From an uncultured Acidimicrobiaceae bacterium (lineage in GTDB: Bacteria; Actinomycetota; Acidimicrobiia; Acidimicrobiales; RAAP-2), in NCBI GenBank assembly GCA_964615615.1, contig CAZTQJ010000001.1:1-40617 (forward strand): 40,617 bases of DNA, read 5' to 3'. The position numbers were made by a program, and so were the translations under genes. Position 1 is the first letter of the stretch. The number at the start of each line of letters is the position of its first letter. Below the pieces are notes generated by a model. That model had not been told where the DNA came from. It did not search any database and saw only the letters and a program-made list of their open reading frames with translations. Positions 25,930 through 30,809 of the stretch are shown here, in pieces.

Positions 25930-26282
25930 CACTTCCCCGACATCAGTGCTTCGAGTTGGCGAGCGATATCTTCGTCGCTGAGCTCCTCGGCTCCGTCGAT
26001 ATTCTCTACCTGCTGAGCGGTGAGCTTCGGGGCGAAGTAGTTCGCACACGCAGTCGCACACTCCACCCGATCAGTGAAGTTCGGGTAGTAGACTCGCTCA
26101 CGGAGGGAACCATCCTCTCGCTCCTCGACCAGATCAATGCCCTCACCTCGCGCCACACGCAGAAGGAACTCATGGGGGAGCTCACCGCCATCTCTGGCTC
26201 GCTTTCGTGACTCCTCGGCCCATCGGCCCGTCGCTCCCTTGCCCCTCGCTCCTAGGCCGGTTCGTGCGCTGAGATCTGCCAT
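25929..26282 (-). CDS. terS: Terminase small subunit-like protein.
   Basis: It is the first gene of the structural arm and is coupled to terL. GGAG lies 5 nt before the ATG. Confidence 0.6.
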   Translation of the reverse strand: MADLSARTGLGARGKGATGRWAEESRKRARDGGELPHEFLLRVARGEGIDLVEEREDGSLRERVYYPNFTDRVECATACANYFAPKLTAQQVENIDGAEELSDEDIARQLEALMSGK

Positions 26283-26299
26283 ATGAACTCCGAGCCCCT

Positions 26300-26328
26300 A
26301 GTATACGCTCGAATGAATCCAGATGCAA
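26300..26328 (-). promoter_or_regulatory. Sigma70-like promoter candidate for the structural arm, TTGCAT-N17-TATACT.
   Basis: On the minus strand the -35 hexamer is at 26328-26323 and the -10 hexamer at 26305-26300, with an exact 17-nt spacer. The GGAG SD and the terS ATG follow directly. Confidence 0.4.
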
Positions 26329-26432
26329 GTGGTGATTTAGTGTAATTCGTGACTTACATGAACATTGATTCGGCGGCCACTGTGACGAGGGAGGCGACGC
26401 TGACCGCCGACGCCGCAAGGGGTGGCCCCGGA

Positions 26433-26460
26433 GGGCGAAGATTGCCGGGCGAAGATTGCC
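26433..26460. repeat. Tandem 14-bp repeat GGGCGAAGATTGCC, two copies.
   Basis: The exact adjacent copies are at 26433-26446 and 26447-26460. Confidence 0.9.
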
Positions 26461-26463
26461 GGG

Positions 26464-26510
26464 TGACGCAGAACGACCATTGAGTGACGAACTACGACCA
26501 CTGAGTGACG
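26464..26510. repeat. 21-bp phased repeats: TGACG three times and the 17-mer ACGACCAYTGAGTGACG twice.
   Basis: TGACG starts at 26464, 26485 and 26506. The 17-mers are at 26473-26489 and 26494-26510 and differ at one base. Confidence 0.85.
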
Positions 26511-26760
26511 TGCTACGACACGAGGCAAGAAGTGCATGACCCGGTGCATAGAAGACGTTGCAATATGCCACGGCGGACCGTTTATGCAGGGAACGGGCAA
26601 ATTATGCATGACTAAAAAGTATGCACTTAACACTAAGCCATGCCATGCCAGCACTTAGCATTAACACTAGCTACGAAAACAATGCATAATTTACCACTGT
26701 TAAATGGGGGAGCATATGCAAGCCGCTGTAAACAATGCACTTAGTAACGCATATAACAGT

Positions 26761-26860
26761 ATTACAGTTTACACTACTTTTAAATAATAATAATAAATAA
26801 TAATATATAGGGTAACAATATATAGTATATGGTTTTAAACAGTGTAAAACTGTAAATGTG
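26761..26860. other. Extremely AT-rich tract with an (AAT)n-like run. This is a candidate DNA unwinding element.
   Basis: I counted 9 G/C in 26761-26820 (15%) and 17 of 60 in 26821-26880, whereas the rest of the genome is visibly GC-rich. Confidence 0.6.
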
Positions 26861-26862
26861 TT

Positions 26863-26942
26863 TAAGTGCATTGTTTGCAGCATTACCAAGCCTAAGCCCA
26901 AAATAAACTGTTATTTACTTGGTGCTGCAAACAATGCACTTA
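26863..26942. repeat. Large inverted repeat with a perfect 19-bp core, extendable to arms of about 25 bp with a 3-nt bulge.
   Basis: TAAGTGCATTGTTTGCAGC (26863-26881) is the reverse complement of 26924-26942. ACCAAG (26885-26890) pairs with CTTGGT (26918-26923). Confidence 0.9.
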
Positions 26943-26970
26943 GCAAAATGTTACTGCAAACAATACACTT

Positions 26971-27001
26971 GCAAACCTTAGTGCATTGTGCTAAGGTTTG
27001 C
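26971..27001. repeat. Perfect 11-bp stem hairpin/palindrome with a 9-nt loop that carries the repeat word.
   Basis: GCAAACCTTAG (26971-26981) pairs with CTAAGGTTTGC (26991-27001). The loop is TGCATTGTG. Confidence 0.85.
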
Positions 27002-27140
27002 ACCCCATAGGCTACCCAAGGGTAAACAACGCACCCCATAAACACAGTTTGCAGTAACAATGGGCATTGTTACCCTGCACAGTAACAATGCGCCTAATTT
27101 TTATACAGACAAAATAATAAAAGTATTTTGAAATTAGGGC

Positions 27141-27169
27141 TTGCACAGCGCCGCCCAATGGCTTAACCT
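27141..27169 (+). promoter_or_regulatory. Promoter candidate TTGCAC-N17-TAACCT.
   Basis: It has the same architecture, and the same TAACCTTTAGGTA-like -10 context, as the candidate at 27849-27877. Confidence 0.3.
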
Positions 27170-27227
27170 TTAGGTAATAAGTAGTGCCGGTCTTTGCCAA
27201 ACCCATAGCGCATAAAACCTTTTTACC

Positions 27228-27253
27228 GTAACAATGCAATACCGCATTGTTAC
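27228..27253. promoter_or_regulatory. Operator-like palindrome GTAACAATGC-N6-GCATTGTTAC.
   Basis: It is a perfect 10-bp inverted repeat ending 4 nt before the -35-like TTGCGG of the adjacent promoter candidate. It is built from the iteron word. Confidence 0.6.
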
Positions 27254-27256
27254 AAC

Positions 27257-27285
27257 TTGCGGCCACAATGCCGCACCACTATAAG
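27257..27285 (+). promoter_or_regulatory. Promoter candidate TTGCGG-N17-TATAAG immediately upstream of the 27294 gene.
   Basis: The spacer is exactly 17 nt. The -10 hexamer ends 8 nt before the ATG, which implies a very short or absent leader. Confidence 0.35.
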
Positions 27286-27293
27286 GGGCTAAC

Positions 27294-27536
27294 ATGCCCA
27301 AGCAAGCTACCACGCCCAGCACCACGCCCAGCACCCCTAAGGTGCCTAAGGTGGCAAACCAAGCCATTACCCTACTGGTAACGGTAAATCCCAAACGTGG
27401 CAAAAGCCAAGCCCGTTACGAGCTGTATAAAACCTGCACCACTACCCATGCTTTTATTGCGGCAGGTGGTTACAGCGCCGACCTTGCCTGGGACACCCAG
27501 CGCAAGTTTATTAGCCTTGCACCCATTACCGCCTAA
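27294..27536 (+). CDS. Small protein (80 aa) paralogous to the C-terminus of 1204..1767. It is a candidate DNA-binding regulator or origin-binding protein.
   Basis: It is a clean ORF between the operator-like palindrome and an intrinsic terminator, with the shared motif LLV..NPKR...ELY...F.AAGG.SADL. I counted 32 of 80 codons ending in A or T. Confidence 0.75.
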   Translation: MPKQATTPSTTPSTPKVPKVANQAITLLVTVNPKRGKSQARYELYKTCTTTHAFIAAGGYSADLAWDTQRKFISLAPITA

Positions 27537-27541
27537 CACCA

Positions 27542-27570
27542 AAAGCCCGGCTACACAGCCGGGCTTTTTT
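27542..27570 (+). terminator. Intrinsic terminator.
   Basis: AGCCCGGCT (27544-27552), loop ACAC, AGCCGGGCT (27557-27565), then TTTTT. Confidence 0.85.
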
Positions 27571-27741
27571 GTGCTTGCACCCATAAACACCCATATGCAT
27601 ACCTATGCATACTTGCACCAATGCCTGCACCCATACTTGCAAACCGCAATATTGTAAAAACAATTTTCGTTGCCTAAAACCGCGAGGATTCACCTGGGCC
27701 TTCCCACATCGCTATTTCCGTATGGCCTACGAAGAAAACTC

Positions 27742-27786
27742 CAAGACGCGAGGATCGTTTTGAAAATTGGCCCGGCGATTTCACGC
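27742..27786 (+). promoter_or_regulatory. Conserved intergenic element, copy 1. Its partner is at 29102..29145.
   Basis: CAAGACGCGAG-GATC-GTTTT...TCACGC. The first 20 nt match the partner at 18 positions. It lies upstream of the early gene block. Confidence 0.45.
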
Positions 27787-27848
27787 GAGCGCGAGAGTGA
27801 TCCCCTAGGCTTGCCGCAAACTATTTGCTATCAACCGTAACTTAACCC

Positions 27849-27877
27849 TTGCGTTAGATGCCCCATGATTGTAACCT
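27849..27877 (+). promoter_or_regulatory. Promoter candidate TTGCGT-N17-TAACCT for the early operon.
   Basis: The spacer is exactly 17 nt. The -10 hexamer lies about 39 nt upstream of the ATG at 27916, which has a GGAGG SD. Confidence 0.35.
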
Positions 27878-27915
27878 TTAAGGTATAGGGTATTACCCCT
27901 ACCACGGAGGCTATC

Positions 27916-28074
27916 ATGCCTAACTTGTTTAGAAGTTTCAGTTCCCTGAACACCACCAATGGGGTGCTAGTTCGCACCAATGCCCGGTGGATCCTTACCA
28001 ATACTTACGTTCGCATAGGTCGCATTCCTAATTCCCTGCGGCTGGCGGCTACCAGTATTATAGTGGTGCTGTAA
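27916..28074 (+). CDS. Small early protein (52 aa).
   Basis: This ORF is not in the supplied track. GGAGG lies 5 nt upstream, and TAATG couples it to the next ORF. Confidence 0.5.
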   Translation: MPNLFRSFSSLNTTNGVLVRTNARWILTNTYVRIGRIPNSLRLAATSIIVVL

Positions 28075-28226
28075 TGTTCATCACTAGAGGCATGGTTGCT
28101 CGTTGCGTCAACACCCGCAAGTTCTATTCTAACCGTAACTGGTTCATCGCCCCCATGCGCCACAGGTTTGCTGAAGTTGGTAGCTGGGGATCACAGGCTT
28201 TGCAGTATTTACTGGGAGGTTTCTAA
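28074..28226 (+). CDS. Small early protein (50 aa).
   Basis: This ORF is not in the supplied track. It is coupled by TAATG at both ends. Confidence 0.5.
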   Translation: MFITRGMVARCVNTRKFYSNRNWFIAPMRHRFAEVGSWGSQALQYLLGGF

Positions 28227-28450
28227 TGACCGTCGCGGAACTCATTTCCATCCTGCAAACTGTGCCTGATCCCTCCCATGCGCCAGTGGTAATCCTGGCT
28301 GAGCCTGGGCAAGCCTACCACATCACCCAGATCTTTAACACTGGCGGCGAGTATGAGATCGTGCTTGTGCCTGCCAGCCCCGCCATTGATCAGGACATGG
28401 TCCTTGATCAGGGCGATCACAGTATGTATTGTAACCGTGAGGTGCTCTAA
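28226..28450 (+). CDS. Hypothetical early protein (74 aa).
   Basis: GGGAGG SD upstream. TAATG couples it on both sides. Confidence 0.65.
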   Translation: MTVAELISILQTVPDPSHAPVVILAEPGQAYHITQIFNTGGEYEIVLVPASPAIDQDMVLDQGDHSMYCNREVL

Positions 28451-28827
28451 TGTCAGTTCGCCTGCGTAAGTTCACCCCCACCAGCATTGAAGTCGGCCTT
28501 CTTGTGCGTGCCTACAGCGATGGCTTCATCAAGGAGATCATCGCCATCAGCGGCAACATGGTCACGCTTCGTAGCGTGGGCAAGGCTCACAGCGGTGAAA
28601 TCCGCAAACCCAAGCGTGTTGTGATCAGCAAGGTTGAACTCACCGATCTTGGTAAAGGGCCTGTGCTGATTCCTAATGGCCACAAACACATTGAATCGTA
28701 TGTCTGCCCCTTGCGCTGGATCCAAATTCAACATTGCTGCAACTGGTGCGGCGAAATCTTGATCTACACACTTAACTGCCCAGAAATCTTCCAAACAACC
28801 TGCAATGATCATAAAGGATTGATATAA
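28450..28827 (+). CDS. Hypothetical early protein (125 aa) with a Cys/His-rich C-terminus.
   Basis: CPLRW...HCCNWCGE...NCPE...TCNDH suggests metal binding. It is coupled to both flanking genes. Confidence 0.65.
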   Translation: MSVRLRKFTPTSIEVGLLVRAYSDGFIKEIIAISGNMVTLRSVGKAHSGEIRKPKRVVISKVELTDLGKGPVLIPNGHKHIESYVCPLRWIQIQHCCNWCGEILIYTLNCPEIFQTTCNDHKGLI

Positions 28828-29096
28828 TGCTCATCCCACTCGAAGTTCATGAGCTCACCAGCCTGTGCCTAGCCATACTCACCAACGATAGCGGCCCACT
28901 TACCTACACGGACGCTCAGGTCACAGCGATCAAGGACTCGCTGCATGATGCCATGAACGCCGGATGGGGTCCTACCATGCAAGATCTGGAGACCCTTACC
29001 ATTGGCGAAGCGAGTGACATGGTGGCCCTACTGGCCCGATATCCACTTTTGCGCCCTGCGAATCTGGCCCTAGGCGAGATCTTCGACTGCGAGTAA
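28827..29096 (+). CDS. Hypothetical acidic early protein (89 aa).
   Basis: TAATG couples it to the upstream gene. The composition is D/E-rich. Confidence 0.65.
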   Translation: MLIPLEVHELTSLCLAILTNDSGPLTYTDAQVTAIKDSLHDAMNAGWGPTMQDLETLTIGEASDMVALLARYPLLRPANLALGEIFDCE

Positions 29097-29101
29097 ATCA
29101 G

Positions 29102-29145
29102 CAAGACGCGAGAACCGTTTTCAATTTCCACCAGGGCAATCACGC
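29102..29145 (+). promoter_or_regulatory. Conserved intergenic element, copy 2. Its partner is at 27742..27786.
   Basis: CAAGACGCGAG-AACC-GTTTT...TCACGC. It ends 20 nt upstream of the ATG at 29165. Confidence 0.45.
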
Positions 29146-29164
29146 CCACCCACAGGAGCACATC

Positions 29165-29932
29165 ATGTTCAACGAAGTAGAAATCGTCAACCTGGCCCCT
29201 CCCGAAAGGGCCGCCCATCGCTGTGAGGTCACAACCAGCGATGCCTACACCTTCCTCCCCACCGAGGTCATCAGTGCGGCCCTCATGGAGCGTGGCTGGG
29301 GCGTCTCCAGCGTCGTGACCACAAAGACCAAGTCCCCTTATCGCAAGGGGTTCCAGAAGCACATGGTTCGCTATCGGAACCAAGATCAGATGCTCAAGAT
29401 CGGTGACCGAACTGCCGAGCTCCTCATGGTCAACGCCCATGACGGAACCTGCACCTACCAGTTCAAGGGCGGCATTTTCGAGTTCATCTGCTCCAACGGC
29501 CTGATCGTGTGCTCCAAAGAGTTCCCCGGCATCAAGGTCGTCCACATGGGCACGAGCCTCCGGCAAGTGATCGACGCCAGCATGGAGGTCGCCGACAAGC
29601 TCCCCCTCTTGATCCATCAGGTCAATATAATGGAGGCCATCGGGATGACGCCCAACGAGCGTGAGCAGTTCGCACGGCAGGCTATCGAGCTCCGCTTCGG
29701 CCAGGACTCCCCCATAACGCCCGACCTCGTGTTGAACGCCCGTCGGCTAGAGGACACGCCCCAGAACCTATGGAAGACGCTGAACGTCGTGCAGGAGAAC
29801 CTCATGAAAGGCGGCTTCTACGCTCCCCATCGGGCTGGCGGCTGGCAACCTGTGAAGGCCATCAAGGGGATGGAGATGAACCTGAAGGTCAACGAAGGCC
29901 TCTGGGACCTCGCCGCTGGCATGATCCGCTAA
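29165..29932 (+). CDS. DUF932/DUF945-like protein (phage/plasmid family).
   Basis: AGGAG SD upstream. The motif NAHDGTCTYQFKGGIFEFICSNGLIV is typical of the family as I recall it. Confidence 0.65.
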   Translation: MFNEVEIVNLAPPERAAHRCEVTTSDAYTFLPTEVISAALMERGWGVSSVVTTKTKSPYRKGFQKHMVRYRNQDQMLKIGDRTAELLMVNAHDGTCTYQFKGGIFEFICSNGLIVCSKEFPGIKVVHMGTSLRQVIDASMEVADKLPLLIHQVNIMEAIGMTPNEREQFARQAIELRFGQDSPITPDLVLNARRLEDTPQNLWKTLNVVQENLMKGGFYAPHRAGGWQPVKAIKGMEMNLKVNEGLWDLAAGMIR

Positions 29933-29933
29933 C

Positions 29934-30134
29934 ATGCGCGACAAGGAGTATCTCCAGACATTGGAATACGCCATCAAGGTGCTCATCCGAAAGGTTGAGC
30001 ACCTTGAGTCACGCCTGGACGTGGATCAGCAGACAGGTCATGAAAATGGCTACATGAAGCCAGAAATTTGCCGCTATCAGCAGAGGTATCGCTGGGCCAC
30101 AGGGATTAAACATAGACCTAGTCGCCTGAAGTAA
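29934..30134 (+). CDS. Hypothetical protein (66 aa).
   Basis: The ORF starts 1 nt after the upstream stop. Confidence 0.55.
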   Translation: MRDKEYLQTLEYAIKVLIRKVEHLESRLDVDQQTGHENGYMKPEICRYQQRYRWATGIKHRPSRLK

Positions 30135-30173
30135 ACGATGTTACCATTAAGTTACACCACCAAGGAGCCCCAC

Positions 30174-30425
30174 ATGAATGCCGCCATGACTGCTCTTCTA
30201 CAAGATGAAGCGAGGAAGTCAGCAGACGACCTGTTCGCCGCTGTCAAGGACGCCTCCTTCTCTGCTGCCAACCTACTCAGCGTCGCCGAGACTATCAGCG
30301 AGGTCCGCGGCGACCTGAAGGAAGTGCTCGTTGCCGCCTTCTCCATGCGCCTGTGCAAGATGGGCCCGATGGTGAAAGCCGACTGGCTGACTGCCCTGAC
30401 AGCCGTTGCCATGCGAGGTCGGTGA
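30174..30425 (+). CDS. Hypothetical protein (83 aa).
   Basis: AAGGAG lies 6 nt before the ATG at 30174. The ORF is open from 30138. Confidence 0.6.
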   Translation: MNAAMTALLQDEARKSADDLFAAVKDASFSAANLLSVAETISEVRGDLKEVLVAAFSMRLCKMGPMVKADWLTALTAVAMRGR

Positions 30426-30640
30426 TGGACGAGCCCATGCCCCGAGCCGCCAAGGTGTTCCTCTTCCTCGTCAAGGTCATGATCCTGGCGATGTTTGCCC
30501 TGCCCATCGTTGGGATGTTCCAACACGCTCATGCCATGCACGAGGCCGAAGAGGCCTTCAACAAGCAGCAGTCCGAGCATCGGCAAAAGATGGAAAAGAT
30601 GATCAAGGAGCTCAACCATGTCCGAACAGTCCAACACTGA
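30425..30640 (+). CDS. Small membrane protein (71 aa).
   Basis: TGATG coupling to the upstream gene. The TM segment is VFLFLVKVMILAMFALPIVGMF. Confidence 0.6.
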   Translation: MDEPMPRAAKVFLFLVKVMILAMFALPIVGMFQHAHAMHEAEEAFNKQQSEHRQKMEKMIKELNHVRTVQH

Positions 30641-30809
30641 GTGGCTTCAGGAAATCTACCGCAAAGCCGACGCCGCCAAAGTCCACTCTATGCGGCTGAG
30701 CCGCCAAGCACAAACGCTCCTATGGAGCGAGGTGAACTACCCCAAAGCACTCTGGATCTGGCGCAGTAAGCAATTCTTTAAATTCTGGAACGGGACCATC
30801 AATGAGTAG
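30618..30809 (+). CDS. Hypothetical protein (63 aa).
   Basis: AAGGAG lies 7 nt upstream of the start. Confidence 0.55.
   Translation: MSEQSNTEWLQEIYRKADAAKVHSMRLSRQAQTLLWSEVNYPKALWIWRSKQFFKFWNGTINE

Larger units (their letters stand above)
26678..27253. repeat. Iteron-like array of about 12 copies of AACAATGC(A) in both orientations.
   Basis: Direct copies start at 26678, 26731, 26930, 27084 and 27230. Direct variants start at 26959, 27025 and 27056. Inverted copies (TGCATTGT / GCATTGTT) are at 26867, 26982, 27064 and 27244. Confidence 0.85.

Noticed and set aside
24295-26061. Long N-terminal extensions of several minus-strand ORFs: terL to 26061, the holin to 5993, the SET gene to 15201 and the ejection protein to 12089. 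The plus-strand 34546 start is a similar case.
   Set aside because: The extensions overlap the upstream genes in another frame and are Arg/Cys/His-rich. Internal ATGs that coincide with upstream stops (TGATG/TAATG), or that have SD sequences, give products starting at conserved N-termini.
26182-26654. ORFs 26182-26571 and 26337-26654 on the minus strand upstream of terS.
   Set aside because: They run through the repeat-rich control region and into terS in another frame. Their products are Arg/Ser/His-rich low-complexity sequence, and they have no SD.
26433-27253. Possible CRISPR array, given the many short repeats.
   Set aside because: The repeat units are only 9-19 bp, occur in both orientations and have irregular spacing. 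There are no uniform spacers of about 30 bp and no cas genes other than a stand-alone Cas4-like nuclease 12 kb away.
26671-27403. ORFs 26671-26901, 27012-27266 and 27170-27403 on the minus strand in the AT-rich region.
   Set aside because: They lie over the iterons, the palindromes and the 27294 gene start, have no ribosome-binding sites, and have odd composition. They are better explained as chance ORFs in regulatory DNA.
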